The notes beneath the pieces are model-generated. The model was not told the origin of the DNA and did not search any database. It worked only from the letters and a program-made list of their open reading frames with translations. From NCBI GenBank assembly GCA_963826115.1, contig CAWGVS010000005.1, positions 1,952,001 to 2,016,000 on the forward strand: a stretch of 64,000 bases of DNA. The letters run 5' to 3'. Positions 20,758 to 31,177 of this stretch are shown one piece after another; within the stretch, counting starts at the first letter, position 1, and each line of letters begins with the position of its first letter. The position numbers and the translations under genes are program-made. The DNA comes from an uncultured Candidatus Rokubacteria bacterium (lineage in GTDB: Bacteria; Methylomirabilota; Methylomirabilia; Rokubacteriales; DASRDR01).

Positions 20758-21381
20758 ATGACCGGGGAGCCGACCGTCAGCGACCCGGCCTTCTGGCAGG
20801 ATCTCTACCATCGGAAGCGCGACGGCTGGGATCTCGGGCGACCGAGCCCGGTGCTCGGCGCCCACCTGGCACGGCGACCGCTGCCGCCGGGGACCGTCGC
20901 CGTCCCGGGCTGCGGCCGCGGGCACGACGCGAGGTTCCTGGCGCGCCGCGGCCATCGGGTCTTCGGCTTCGACTTCGTGCCCGAGGCGCTCGGCGCGGCG
21001 CGCGAGCTCGCGGAGTGCGAGCGGGTGGCGGTGACCTTCGAGGAGCGCGACGTGTTCGGGCTCGCCGCGGCGTACCCGCGCTTCTTCGACGCGGTCTGGG
21101 AGTACACCTGCTACTGCGCGGTCGACCCGGCGCGCCGCCCGGAGTACCTCGAGACGCTGGCGGCCATCCTCAAGCCCGGCGGCTGGCTTCTCGCCTGCTT
21201 CTTCCCGACCGGGGAGAAGCCGGGAGGGCCGCCGTTCGCGGTGAGCAAGACCGAGGCGCGGGACCTCATGGCGCCTCGCTTCGAGCTGGTCGAGGACTAC
21301 GTCCCGTTCGCGTCGCCCGAGGCACGCCGTGGCCACGAGTGGGTGGTGCTGGCGCGACTCCGGGAGCGGGCCTCCGACTAG
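20758..21381 (+). CDS. thiopurine/thiol S-methyltransferase (TPMT-like)
   Basis: WDLG, VPGCGRGHD, WEYTCYCA, GGPPF. Confidence 0.85.
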   Translation: MTGEPTVSDPAFWQDLYHRKRDGWDLGRPSPVLGAHLARRPLPPGTVAVPGCGRGHDARFLARRGHRVFGFDFVPEALGAARELAECERVAVTFEERDVFGLAAAYPRFFDAVWEYTCYCAVDPARRPEYLETLAAILKPGGWLLACFFPTGEKPGGPPFAVSKTEARDLMAPRFELVEDYVPFASPEARRGHEWVVLARLRERASD

Positions 21382-21510
21382 CGCCCCGCCTCGAGGCGGA
21401 AAGCGCCGGCATCGATCCGCGGGCGCGCGCGGGTGGCGCCAGGTGCGCCCCCGGGCTACCATGCCTCCGGCCGACGGCCCGCTGGCGTTGCTCACCTACG
21501 GAGGAGATCC

Positions 21511-21798
21511 ATGGCCGCGTACGTCATCGCCGACATCGAGATCACCGATCCGGCCGGCTACGAGGAGTACCGGCGGAGAGTCCCGGAGACCATCGCGCAG
21601 TACGGAGGGCGCTACGTCGTGCGCGGCGGGAACGTGGAGACCCTCGAGGGAGACTGGCAGCCGCGGAGGCTCGTCGTCCTCGAGTTCCCGACTCTCGCCC
21701 AGGCGCGCCGCTGGTACGACTCGCCCGAGTACCGGGAGCCCCGCGCGATCCGCCAGCGCTGCTCGCGGGGCCACGCCATCCTCGTCGAGGGCGCGTGA
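21511..21798 (+). CDS. DUF1330 family protein
   Basis: MAAYVIADI...YGGRYVVRGG...LEFP...WYDSPEY. Confidence 0.9.
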   Translation: MAAYVIADIEITDPAGYEEYRRRVPETIAQYGGRYVVRGGNVETLEGDWQPRRLVVLEFPTLAQARRWYDSPEYREPRAIRQRCSRGHAILVEGA

Positions 21799-21799
21799 G

Positions 21800-22534
21800 A
21801 TGGCCGCGGGGCGGAACGTCTCCGTCCGACACGACGGGCCGATCGCGACCGTCACCCTCGACCGCCCCGAGTTCCGGAACTCGCTGAGCGATGCCATGCT
21901 CGGCGAGCTGATCGAAGCGTTCACGGCCCTGCGCGACAACGTCACGTCGCGGGTCGTGATCGTCACCGGGGCGCCGCCGGTCTTCTCGGCCGGCGCGCAC
22001 TACCCGGCCGGCCGCGGGATGTCGGCGGAGGAGCGGCGGAAGGTCTTCCTCTCGACGCCGAACCAGTTCCGGCGCCTCTTCGAGCGGGTCACCACGCTCC
22101 TCGAGAACCTCGAGCAGACGACGATCGCGATGGTGAACGGCCACGCGATCGGCGGCGGCTTCGGCCTGACGCTCGCCTGCGACTTCCGCTGGGCGGCGGC
22201 GGAAACCCTGCTCAGCATTCCCGAGGTCGACCTCGGCGTACCGCTCGGCGTGGCGTCGACCACCCGCTTCGTGCGCCTGGTGGGGCCCGCCCGCGCGAAG
22301 GAGATCATCATGGAGTGCCGCCGCTACACGGCGGCCGAGTGCCACGCGATGGGCCTCGTCCACCGCGTGGTGCCGGGCGAGCAGCTGACCGCGGCGGTCC
22401 AGGAGTACGCCGGACGCCTGGCGGCCAAGCCGTTCGCCCCGATGGCGCAGGTGAAGGCCCGGATCAACGCCATCGCCCGAACCGGCATCCCCGAGGTCAA
22501 CGCGATGACCGAGGGCTTTCTCGCGCGCGAGTGA
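21800..22534 (+). CDS. enoyl-CoA hydratase/isomerase family protein
   Basis: LDRPEFRNSL, FSAGA, NGHAIGGG, PEVDLG. Confidence 0.88.
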   Translation: MAAGRNVSVRHDGPIATVTLDRPEFRNSLSDAMLGELIEAFTALRDNVTSRVVIVTGAPPVFSAGAHYPAGRGMSAEERRKVFLSTPNQFRRLFERVTTLLENLEQTTIAMVNGHAIGGGFGLTLACDFRWAAAETLLSIPEVDLGVPLGVASTTRFVRLVGPARAKEIIMECRRYTAAECHAMGLVHRVVPGEQLTAAVQEYAGRLAAKPFAPMAQVKARINAIARTGIPEVNAMTEGFLARE

Positions 22535-22538
22535 CGGC

Positions 22539-23789
22539 ATGACCGGGCCGGCCGGCGGTCCGCCTTCGCCCGCCATGCTCGCGGGCATCCGCGTCCTCGA
22601 CCTCTCGCGGGTCATCGCCGGCCCGTACTGCACGATGCTGCTCGCCGACCTCGGCGCCGACGTGATCAAGATCGAGCGCCCGGACCGCGGTGACGACCTC
22701 CGAGAGTGGCGGGGGCGGACGGGCCGCGGAGGGATGAGCGCGGTCTTCGCCGCCGTCAACCGGAACAAGCGGGCGATCGCGCTCGACCTCCAGCACCCGG
22801 AGGGCGCGCGGCTGCTCCGCGACCTGGCCGTCCGCTCCGACGTCCTCGTCGAGAACTTCGTCCCCGGGGTCGCCGACCGGCTCGGGATCGGCTACGGGGC
22901 CGTGCGCGTCGCGAATCCCGCCATCGTCTACGTCTCCGTGAGCGGGTTCGGCCAGACGGGACCGTACGCCCAGCGCCCGGGCTACAACACCATCGCCCAG
23001 GGCATGGGCGGGCTCATGGGCGTCACCGGCATGCCCGGCGATCCGCCCACCCGTGCCGGAGGCTCGATCTCCGACGTGGCGGCGGCCTACCTCGCGTTCG
23101 GCGCCATCAGCGCGGCCCTCGTTCACCGCCTCAGGACCGGAGAAGGCCAGCACCTCGACGTGAACCTGCTGGGCGCGACGCTGGGCCTCCTGCCGGACCC
23201 CGTCGCCCACCTGTTCGATTCCGGGAAGCGGCCCGCCCGCGTCGGGAACCGGAACCCCACGCTCACTCCCGCGGAGGCCTTCCGGACGAAGGACGGGTGG
23301 CTGAACATCGTTCTGATGAACCCCGCGCAGTGGGACCGGTTCTGCCGGGTGCTGGGGGACGAGGTCCTCCGAACCGAGCCGCGCTTCGCCACGAACCTCG
23401 GCCGCCTCGAGAATCACGCCGAGATGAAGGCACGGGTGGAGACGGCGCTCGCCGGCGCGACGACCGCCGAGTGGGTCCCCCGCTTCGAGGAGGCCTCGAT
23501 CGCGGGCGGCCCGATCTACGAGCTCGACGAGGTCTTCGACGACCCGCAGGTCCGGCACCTCGAGCTCCTGGCGGAGATCGAGCAGCCGACGTACGAGGGC
23601 CACGGAGGGCGCGCGCGGATGCTGGGGTTTCCCTTCCGGGCGTCGGCGACGCCGGCGTCGATCCGTCGCCCCGCCCCGCTCCTCGGCGAGCACACGGCCG
23701 AGGTGCTGCGCGAGGTGCTGGATCTCTCCGCGGCGGAGGTCGCGCGTCTGAAGGAGGCCGGCGCGATCGGCCTCGGGCCCGCGCGCTGA
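22539..23789 (+). CDS. CaiB/BaiF class III CoA-transferase
   Basis: VLDLSRVIAGPY, LGADVIKIE, NRNKR, APLLGEHT. Confidence 0.92.
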   Translation: MTGPAGGPPSPAMLAGIRVLDLSRVIAGPYCTMLLADLGADVIKIERPDRGDDLREWRGRTGRGGMSAVFAAVNRNKRAIALDLQHPEGARLLRDLAVRSDVLVENFVPGVADRLGIGYGAVRVANPAIVYVSVSGFGQTGPYAQRPGYNTIAQGMGGLMGVTGMPGDPPTRAGGSISDVAAAYLAFGAISAALVHRLRTGEGQHLDVNLLGATLGLLPDPVAHLFDSGKRPARVGNRNPTLTPAEAFRTKDGWLNIVLMNPAQWDRFCRVLGDEVLRTEPRFATNLGRLENHAEMKARVETALAGATTAEWVPRFEEASIAGGPIYELDEVFDDPQVRHLELLAEIEQPTYEGHGGRARMLGFPFRASATPASIRRPAPLLGEHTAEVLREVLDLSAAEVARLKEAGAIGLGPAR

Positions 23790-23798
23790 GACACCCGC

Positions 23799-24587
23799 TC
23801 AGCCGTCGGGGCGGACCGCGACGAACAGATGGCGCGTCAGGCTGAAGAAGTACTCGCCGCCCGCGGCCCGCGCCAGGAGGTCGGTCTTCCAAGCGTCCGC
23901 CTCCTCGCGGGAGAGGCCGTGGCGCACCGCGAGGTCGGCCGTCGAGGCGATCTGCCCCCCGCTGAAGGTCTCCGGCCCTCCCGTGAGCTCGAGCAGCGGG
24001 ATCGCCTCGGCGTGACGGAGCGCGAGACCCGCCCCCCGCAGGAGGCCGGGGAGGCGCGGCGGCAGGTGCGGCTGGACGAAGTACCCGCCGCGCGCCTCCA
24101 TCACCCGCCGGTGCCGGTCGCGGTCGGCGGTGTGCCAGACGCACGAGTCCCAGTCGGTGTCGACCACCGCCAGGCGGCCACCGGGGCGGAGCACGCGCGC
24201 CGCTTCCGCCAGCGCGCCCTCGATGTCGCGGACGTACAGGTAGACCTGGACCGCGGTGACGAAGTCGAAGCGCCCGTCGGCGAACGGGAGCCGGGTGGCG
24301 TCGCCCTGTTGCACCTCCACGCCGTCCTCGAGACCTTCGCGGACAATGCGAGCCCGGGCCGCCTCCAGCATCTCCGGGCTCTCGTCGAGGCCGACGATGC
24401 CGCCCGCCGGGCCCACCTCGCGACCGAGCTCGCAGGCGAGGAAGGCGGGCCCGCAGCCGATGTCGAGGCCACGCTCGCCGGCGCGCGCCCCGAGCACCGC
24501 GCGGGTGCGCGCCCGCTGGCCCGCGATCGCGGGCGACGCGTAGACGGTCTCGAGACGCGCCGCTTCGCGCGCGCCGAACCTCGCCAT
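23799..24587 (-). CDS. class I SAM-dependent methyltransferase (UbiE-like)
   Basis: LDIGCGP, GDATRLPF, RVLRPGGR, DTDWDS; GGAGG SD. Confidence 0.85.
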   Translation of the reverse strand: MARFGAREAARLETVYASPAIAGQRARTRAVLGARAGERGLDIGCGPAFLACELGREVGPAGGIVGLDESPEMLEAARARIVREGLEDGVEVQQGDATRLPFADGRFDFVTAVQVYLYVRDIEGALAEAARVLRPGGRLAVVDTDWDSCVWHTADRDRHRRVMEARGGYFVQPHLPPRLPGLLRGAGLALRHAEAIPLLELTGGPETFSGGQIASTADLAVRHGLSREEADAWKTDLLARAAGGEYFFSLTRHLFVAVRPDG

Positions 24588-24797
24588 CCGACACCTCCAG
24601 GTAAGGGCTCGCAGACCGGGCGCCCTCACCGCCGGCCCGGCGCCGGCGCGGCGCGCCGGGGCCCATCGTACCGCGGGCCGAGTCCGCATCGGGCGCCGGC
24701 CGTGTCGAGCACGTTCCCACCGGGTTGTTCCCCGCGGAGCAGTTGAGCTACCATTACGCCGCGCGGTTGTCTGGCTCCGCACACAGGAGGGCCGTGG

Positions 24798-26435
24798 GTG
24801 GCCGTCGCGATCGAGGAAGGGCTCCCGCCGAAGACGCTCTGGCCGGAGCGAGTGTACACGCTCCCCGAAACACGCTATCCGGTCCGGCTCAACGTCGCGA
24901 CGGCGCTACTCGACGCCAACGCGGACGGCGGCCGCGCCGGCCGCCCTGCCATCTACTCGCAAGACCGGGTCCTCACGTACGGCGACCTCCAGAAGCAGGT
25001 CAACCGGCTGGCCAACGGCCTCCGCGCGGCCGGGATCGACCGGGGCGACCGCGTCCTCCTCCGGATGCCCAACTGCCCGGAATTCATCGTCACGTGGCTC
25101 GCCTGCCAGAAGCTCGGCATCGTCACGGTGTCGACGATGCCATTGCTCCGAGCCCGCGAGCTCGCGTACATCGCGCAGGACGCCGGAACCCGCGTGGCGG
25201 TGGTCTCGAGTGCGCTCCGGGAGGAGCTCGACCGCGCCCGCCCGACCGCACCCGCGCTGGAGCAGCTGATCGTCGTGGGGGGCGGGGCGCGGCCCGGCGA
25301 GACCGCGTGGGAAAGCCTGCTGGACGGCCAGCCGGAGCGCTTCCCGACGGCCGATACCCGGGCCGACGACGTGGCGATGATCGCGTACACCTCCGGCTCG
25401 ACCGGCGTGCCCAAGGGCTGCGTGCACCAGCACAGCGACATCCTCGGGTCGGCCGACTCCTACGCGCGGCACGTTCTCCGGCCCACCGAGGAGGACCGCT
25501 TCGGCGGCCACCCGACGCTGGCCTTCACGTTCGGGACCGGAGGGCTCCTCGTCTTCCCGTTCCGGTTCGGCGCGGCAACCGTCCTGTCGGGTCCCTTCGA
25601 GGCGCAGCGGATGCTCGAGGTCTTCCAGCGAGAGCGGGTGACCGTGGCGTTCTGCGCGTCCACCTCGTACCGCCTCATGCTGGGGGTTCCGGACATGTCG
25701 GCGCGGTTCGACCTCGGGAGCCTCCGGCTCTGCGTCTCGGCCGCCGAGCCCCTGCCCGCCGCCACCTACGAGGCCTGGGTCCGCGTCACCGGCAAGGAGT
25801 GCCTCGACGGGATCGGCTCGACCGAGATGTTCCACATCTTCGTGTCGTCCGAGCCCGGGCGGGTCCGGCCGGGCGCGACCGGCGTGCCGGTTCCCGGCTA
25901 CGACTGCCGCGTCGTCGACGAGCAAGGGTGCGAGGTCCCGCGCGGCACGCCCGGGCTGATCGCGATCAAGGGCCCGACCGGCTGCAAGTACTGGCGGAAG
26001 CCGGATCGGCAGGCCGAGTACGTGCGGTACGGCGGGTGGAACGTCACCGGCGACGTCTACGTCCACGACGACGACGGCTACTTCACGTACCAGTGCCGGT
26101 CCGACGACATGATCGTGACGGGTGGCTACAAGATCCCCGGGCCGGAGGTCGAGCACGTGCTGGACGAGCACCCCGCCGTCGCCGAGTCGGCGGTGGTGGC
26201 GGCGCCGGACACGGTGCGCGGCTCCGTGCCGAAGGCGTTCGTGGTGCTCCACGCCGGGTACCGCGGCACCGACGAGCTCGCCCGGGAGCTCCAGGACCAC
26301 GTCAAGAAGGAGCTCGCTCCCTACAAGTATCCCCGCGAGATTGCGTTCGTCTCGGCACTGCCGCACACGGAGACGGGCAAGCTCCGGCGGGTCGAGCTCC
26401 GGCAACAGGAGGCCGGGCGGGCAGCACCGCGCTGA
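24798..26435 (+). CDS. abmG: benzoate-CoA ligase family, 2-aminobenzoate-CoA ligase-like
   Basis: YTSGSTGVPKG, LAFTFGTGG, DGIGSTEMFHIF, APYKYPR; abmA cluster context. Confidence 0.82.
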   Translation: MAVAIEEGLPPKTLWPERVYTLPETRYPVRLNVATALLDANADGGRAGRPAIYSQDRVLTYGDLQKQVNRLANGLRAAGIDRGDRVLLRMPNCPEFIVTWLACQKLGIVTVSTMPLLRARELAYIAQDAGTRVAVVSSALREELDRARPTAPALEQLIVVGGGARPGETAWESLLDGQPERFPTADTRADDVAMIAYTSGSTGVPKGCVHQHSDILGSADSYARHVLRPTEEDRFGGHPTLAFTFGTGGLLVFPFRFGAATVLSGPFEAQRMLEVFQRERVTVAFCASTSYRLMLGVPDMSARFDLGSLRLCVSAAEPLPAATYEAWVRVTGKECLDGIGSTEMFHIFVSSEPGRVRPGATGVPVPGYDCRVVDEQGCEVPRGTPGLIAIKGPTGCKYWRKPDRQAEYVRYGGWNVTGDVYVHDDDGYFTYQCRSDDMIVTGGYKIPGPEVEHVLDEHPAVAESAVVAAPDTVRGSVPKAFVVLHAGYRGTDELARELQDHVKKELAPYKYPREIAFVSALPHTETGKLRRVELRQQEAGRAAPR

Positions 26436-26523
26436 CCCGACCGTTTCCAGGGCGCGGGCCCCGCCCGCAACTCACCGGCAGGACTTCCAGGTAGCGGGCC
26501 TCACGGCCCGGAAAGGAGGCGTG

Positions 26524-26805
26524 ATGGACGGCAAGAAGGTGACGATCGTCGCCATCGTGGCGATCCTCATCGGGCTTCTGGTCGGATACCTCATGTGGGG
26601 CGCCCACATGAAGACGCTCAACGCCGAGCTGGATCAGGTGAAGTCGCGTCTGGCCGAGGCGCAGAAGGCCGCGTCGAAAGAGAAGGAACTCTCGGAGAAG
26701 CTCACCGCGATGGAGGCCCAGCTGAAGCAGCTCACGGACGACCTGGCCAAGGAGAAGGCGCGGCGCGAGCAGATGCAGGCGCAGCTGTCCAAGGGGAAGA
26801 AGTGA
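26524..26805 (+). CDS. small membrane-anchored coiled-coil protein A
   Basis: AGGAGG SD; N-terminal TM helix followed by a heptad-rich E/K/Q segment. Confidence 0.8.
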   Translation: MDGKKVTIVAIVAILIGLLVGYLMWGAHMKTLNAELDQVKSRLAEAQKAASKEKELSEKLTAMEAQLKQLTDDLAKEKARREQMQAQLSKGKK

Positions 26806-26839
26806 GGCGGGAACGCACGGGGCACGAACGGGAGGTGCC

Positions 26840-27115
26840 ATGCAAGCCGTCGTGATCGCAATCATCGCAGCCGTCATCGGACTGGGCATCGGCTACGCCA
26901 CGTGGGGGTCGCAGTCGTCGCAGGCCGAGAAGGACCTCGCGGCGGCCAAGGGCCAGCTGGACGAAGCCCGGAAATCCTCCGAGCGGGAGGGCCAGCTGGC
27001 GACCAAGATCCAGGCGACCGAGACCAAGCTCAAGGAGACCCAGGAAGCCCTGAAGACCGAGACCGAGCAGTCGAAGAAGCTCGAGGGCGTCCTGGCGAAG
27101 AAAAAGAAGAAGTAG
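26840..27115 (+). CDS. small membrane-anchored coiled-coil protein B (paralog of A)
   Basis: GGAGG SD; IGLGIGYATWG then coiled coil and a KKKKK tail. Confidence 0.8.
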   Translation: MQAVVIAIIAAVIGLGIGYATWGSQSSQAEKDLAAAKGQLDEARKSSEREGQLATKIQATETKLKETQEALKTETEQSKKLEGVLAKKKKK

Positions 27116-27334
27116 GCGGGCGGTCTCCTCGCGCTCGGCCCGCCGGCAGGCGGGGCGCCGGGAGGCCGTCCGACGTCACGGCCCGCCCCGGCGCGTGCGG
27201 CCGGGCGGGCCTCCCTGCCCGGGACTGTTCGGTGTAGTCTCTAGGCACCCTTTTCGGACCGGGACTGGCGTGCGATCTCGTCCGCGCCGCCCGGCAGCGT
27301 CGTGATCACCGCCCGGTAGCAAGGAGGACAGCGC

Positions 27335-28561
27335 ATGGCCGAGCAGACTCGTCGGGACTTCCTGAAGGCCGCCGCCATCGGAAGCGGGATCGCCGCGGGT
27401 GTCGCCACGGGCCCCTGGGTGCTTCGGGCCCGCGCCCAGGGCGCGCCGCTGAAGGTCGGAGTGGTCCTGCCCTACTCCGGTGTCTACGCCGAGCTCGGCA
27501 ACAGCATCACCCAGGCCATGGAGCTCGTCTTCGCCCGGGAGAACTGGACCGTCGCGGGCCGCAAGATCGAGATGATCAAGGAAGACGACGAGATGGCGGT
27601 GCCGACCGGGCTCCGGAAGACCGAGAAGCTCATCGACTCCGACAAGGTGGACATCCTGACCGGCCCGGTGCACAGCGGAATCCTGATGGCGATGCGCGAC
27701 AAGGTCCACAACTCGAAGACGATCCTGATCGTCTCCAATGCGGGCGCGGACGCCATCAGCCGGAACCGCTGCTCCAAGTGGATCTTCCGCACCTCGTTCT
27801 CCAACTGGCAGCCGTGCCAGCCCATGGGCACCTGGGTGGCGAAGAACCTGACGAAGGAAGTCTTCCAGATCGCCCCGAACTACCAGGCGGGCAAGGACGA
27901 CATGGAGGCCTTCCGCGAGACGTTTCACCCCGCCGGCGGCAAGGTGGTCGGCGAGGAGTACCCGAAGCTCGGCGAAACCGACTACGCGCCGTATCTCACC
28001 AAGATCAAGCAGTCGGGCGCCAAGGCGGTGTTCGCGTTCTTCTCGGGGACCGACGCCGTGAACTTCGTGAAGCAGTACGACGAGTTCGGTCTCAAGCCGG
28101 GCATCAAGCTCACCGCGCCGGGCTTCCTGACCGAGCCCGACGTGCTGCCCGCCCAGGGCAAGGCGGCGCTCGGTGTCATCACCGGCCACTTCTACACGCC
28201 CCAGCTCGACAACCCGGTGAACGTGCGGTTCGTCAAGGAGTTCCGCGACATGTTCAAGGGGAAGACGCCGGACGGCTTCGCCTGCCAGGGTTACGACACC
28301 GCCGAGGTCATCCTGCGCGCGGTCAAGGCCGTGAACGGCAACACCCAGGACAAGGACAAGCTCGTCGCCGCGATCGCCGCGGCCGAGTTCGACAGCCCGC
28401 GCGGCCGGTTCCGCTTCGACCCGAAGACCCACAACGTGATCCAGCCGTTCATCTACATCCGGGAGGTCCGGGAGCTCCCCGGCGTCGGCCTGGCCAACGT
28501 GCCGATCGACAAGGTCGCGGATGTCCGCGACCCCGGCACCGGCTGCACGCTTCCGGCCTGA
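27335..28561 (+). CDS. ABC transporter substrate-binding protein (LivK/aromatic-acid type), Tat signal
   Basis: TRRDFLK Tat motif; KVGVVLPYSG, GPVHSG, FDSPRG. Confidence 0.9.
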   Translation: MAEQTRRDFLKAAAIGSGIAAGVATGPWVLRARAQGAPLKVGVVLPYSGVYAELGNSITQAMELVFARENWTVAGRKIEMIKEDDEMAVPTGLRKTEKLIDSDKVDILTGPVHSGILMAMRDKVHNSKTILIVSNAGADAISRNRCSKWIFRTSFSNWQPCQPMGTWVAKNLTKEVFQIAPNYQAGKDDMEAFRETFHPAGGKVVGEEYPKLGETDYAPYLTKIKQSGAKAVFAFFSGTDAVNFVKQYDEFGLKPGIKLTAPGFLTEPDVLPAQGKAALGVITGHFYTPQLDNPVNVRFVKEFRDMFKGKTPDGFACQGYDTAEVILRAVKAVNGNTQDKDKLVAAIAAAEFDSPRGRFRFDPKTHNVIQPFIYIREVRELPGVGLANVPIDKVADVRDPGTGCTLPA

Positions 28562-28568
28562 CGAGAGC

Positions 28569-28603
28569 GGCGGGGACCGGGGCCGAGCGCTCCGGTCCCC
28601 GCC
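28569..28603 (+). terminator. intercistronic GC hairpin after the SBP gene (stabiliser/attenuator)
   Basis: 12-bp perfect stem GGCGGGGACCGG/CCGGTCCCCGCC; no U-tract. Confidence 0.55.
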
Positions 28604-28622
28604 CCCGTCCCGCCCCGCACCT

Positions 28623-29483
28623 GTGGACATCTTCGGCCAGGCCCTGAACGGGCTGGCGTACGGCGCGCTGCTGTTCCTGCTCTCCGTCGGGCTCACGCTC
28701 ATCTTCGGCATGCTCGACGTCGTCAATCTCGCCCACGGCTCGTTCTACATGCTCGGGGCGTACGCCGGCATCGCGACGCTCGCGGCGACCGGGAACTTCT
28801 GGCTGGCGGCGCTGGTGGCGCCGCTCGCGGTCGGCGTGATCGGCGCGCTCGTCGAGCGGGGGCTCCTCCGGCGCCTCTACCACCGGTCGCCGCTCGACCA
28901 GGTCCTGCTGACCTTCGGCCTCATCTATCTCTTCGAGGACCTCGTGAAGTGGGCGTGGGGCGGCCGGATCCGCTCGATCCCCGCTCCCGAGGTCCTCTCC
29001 GGCCGGGTGCAGCTCGGCGGACTCACGTTCCCGACGTACCGCCTGTTCGTGATCGGCTTCGGGCTCCTCGTGGCCCTCCTGCTCTGGCTCCTGGTCGAGA
29101 AGACGCGCCTCGGCGCCGTCATCCGCGCCGGCGTCTGGGACGCCGAGATGGCAGGAGGCCTCGGAATCGACATCGGGCGCGTCTTCACGCTCGTGTTCGC
29201 GTTCGGGGCGGCGCTTGGCGGCCTGTCCGGCGTCATCGCCGGGCCGATCCAGTCGGCCTACCCGTCGATGGGCGTCAGCATCCTCATCCCCGCCCTCATC
29301 GTGGTCGTCGTGGGCGGCCTCGGCTCGCTCAAGGGCTCGCTGGTGGGGAGCCTCCTGATCGGCCAGGCGGAGACGTTCGGGAAAGTCTGGCTGCCCGGCG
29401 TGTCGATGCTGATGATCTACGCGGTGATGGCGCTCATCGTCCTGGCCCGACCGCAGGGCCTGTTCGGGCGGCCGCTCCGGTGA
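28623..29483 (+). CDS. livH: branched-chain amino acid-type ABC permease
   Basis: GLTLIFGMLDVVNLAHGSFYMLG, VVVVGGLGS. Confidence 0.88.
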   Translation: MDIFGQALNGLAYGALLFLLSVGLTLIFGMLDVVNLAHGSFYMLGAYAGIATLAATGNFWLAALVAPLAVGVIGALVERGLLRRLYHRSPLDQVLLTFGLIYLFEDLVKWAWGGRIRSIPAPEVLSGRVQLGGLTFPTYRLFVIGFGLLVALLLWLLVEKTRLGAVIRAGVWDAEMAGGLGIDIGRVFTLVFAFGAALGGLSGVIAGPIQSAYPSMGVSILIPALIVVVVGGLGSLKGSLVGSLLIGQAETFGKVWLPGVSMLMIYAVMALIVLARPQGLFGRPLR

Positions 29484-30418
29484 CCCGTCTCGCCGGAGGC
29501 GCGCGCGCCGTCGGCCTCGCCGTCCTGCTCGTGGCCCTGTTCGCCTTCCCCGCCGTCGCGGGCCGTTATCCGGTGAAACTCCTCCAGGAGATCCTGATCT
29601 GGAGCATCTACGCGATGAGCCTCGACCTCCTGATGGGCTACGCGGGGATGGTCTCGTTCGGGCATTCGGCCTTCTTCGGCGTCGGGGGCTACGTGGCGGC
29701 GCTCGCCCTCACCGCGCATCCGGGCGCGGTCGGCGCGCTCCTGCTGCCGCCCGTCGCCGGCGCGCTGGCCGCGCTGGTCATCGGCGCCCTCTCCACCCGC
29801 GTGAGCGGCGTGTACTTCATCATGCTGACGCTCGCGTTCTCCCAGATGTTCTACGCTTACGCGTTCCAGGCGTCGTGGCTCGGGGCCGAGGACGGCATCA
29901 ACGGCGTGCCCCGGCCCGTCCTCTTCGGCGTGCCGACCGGCGAGGGCTTCGCGTTCCACGCGTACGTGGTGACGCTCGCCGCCATCGCCGCGCTCGTCCT
30001 CTGGCGGGTCGTGCGCTCCCCGTTCGGCCGCGTGCTCGTCGGGATCCGGGAGAACGAGGGGCGCATGGAGGCGGTCGGCTACGCCGCCGGGCGCCACAAG
30101 CTCCTGGCCTTCGTCGTGGCGGGGACGCTGGCGGGCCTGGCGGGCTCCCTCTATGCGCAGCTCAGCGGGTCGATCACGCCGGGCGCCTTCTTCTGGACCA
30201 CGTCCGGCGAGGCCCTCCTCATGGTGATCATCGGGGGAACCGGCACGCTGGGCGGGGCGGCCATCGGGGCCGCGGTGTTCATCCTGCTGCAGAGCCTCGT
30301 CTCGACCTACACCGAGCGGTGGATGCTGATCCTCGGACTCACGTTCGTCCTCCTCGTCCTCTTCGCGCCGGGCGGCATCGTGGGCGCGCTCCGCGGGCGC
30401 ATCGGTCTCCGCGCATGA
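29480..30418 (+). CDS. livM: branched-chain amino acid-type ABC permease
   Basis: GYAGMVSFGHSAFFG, SPFGRVLVGIRENE. Confidence 0.88.
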   Translation: MTRLAGGARAVGLAVLLVALFAFPAVAGRYPVKLLQEILIWSIYAMSLDLLMGYAGMVSFGHSAFFGVGGYVAALALTAHPGAVGALLLPPVAGALAALVIGALSTRVSGVYFIMLTLAFSQMFYAYAFQASWLGAEDGINGVPRPVLFGVPTGEGFAFHAYVVTLAAIAALVLWRVVRSPFGRVLVGIRENEGRMEAVGYAAGRHKLLAFVVAGTLAGLAGSLYAQLSGSITPGAFFWTTSGEALLMVIIGGTGTLGGAAIGAAVFILLQSLVSTYTERWMLILGLTFVLLVLFAPGGIVGALRGRIGLRA

Positions 30419-31164
30419 CCGGACCTCCGATCCTCGCGATCGAGCAGCTCCGGCGGACCTTCGGCGCGCTCGCCGCCGTCAACGGCGTGAGCCTCTCGGT
30501 CGCGCCCCGCGAGCGGCGCGCCATCATCGGGCCCAACGGCGCCGGCAAGACGACGCTGTTCGAGCTGATCACCGGCCGGCTCCAGCCGACGGCGGGACGG
30601 ATCGTCCTCGACGGGGCCGCCATCGAGGGGCTGCCCCCGCACGCGGTCGCGCGCCGGGGGATCTCGCGGTCGTTCCAGCGCACGAACGCGTTCCCGGGGC
30701 TGCCGGTCCACGAGAACCTCCGCCTGGCCGCCGCCGCCCGCGGGCGCGGCAGCTACGACCTGTTCGGCTCGGTCGGCCGCCGCTGGGTGCCGATCGAGCG
30801 CGCGCGATCCGTCGCGGAGGCGGTCGGGCTGACCGATCGCCTCGACGTGCTCGCGGGCGCGCTCTCCTACGGCGAGCAGCGGCAGCTGGAGATCGGGATC
30901 GCGCTCGCCACCCAGCCGAGGGTCCTCCTCCTGGACGAGCCCACCGCGGGCATGTCCCCGGAGGAGACGCTCCGCATGACCGAGCTGCTGAACGGGCTGC
31001 CGCGCGAGCTGACGCTCCTCATCATCGAGCACGACATGGACGTGGTGTTCACGCTCGCCGACCGCGTGACCGTGCTCCACCAGGGAGAGGTCCTCGCCGA
31101 CGGCTCGGCCGACGAGGTCAAGGCCGACCCGCGGGTCTACGAGGTCTACCTCGGAGCCGCCTGA
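30415..31164 (+). CDS. livG: ABC ATP-binding protein
   Basis: GPNGAGKT, LSYGEQR, LLLDEP, IEHDM. Confidence 0.9.
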   Translation: MTGPPILAIEQLRRTFGALAAVNGVSLSVAPRERRAIIGPNGAGKTTLFELITGRLQPTAGRIVLDGAAIEGLPPHAVARRGISRSFQRTNAFPGLPVHENLRLAAAARGRGSYDLFGSVGRRWVPIERARSVAEAVGLTDRLDVLAGALSYGEQRQLEIGIALATQPRVLLLDEPTAGMSPEETLRMTELLNGLPRELTLLIIEHDMDVVFTLADRVTVLHQGEVLADGSADEVKADPRVYEVYLGAA

Positions 31165-31177
31165 GGACGCGACGCGC

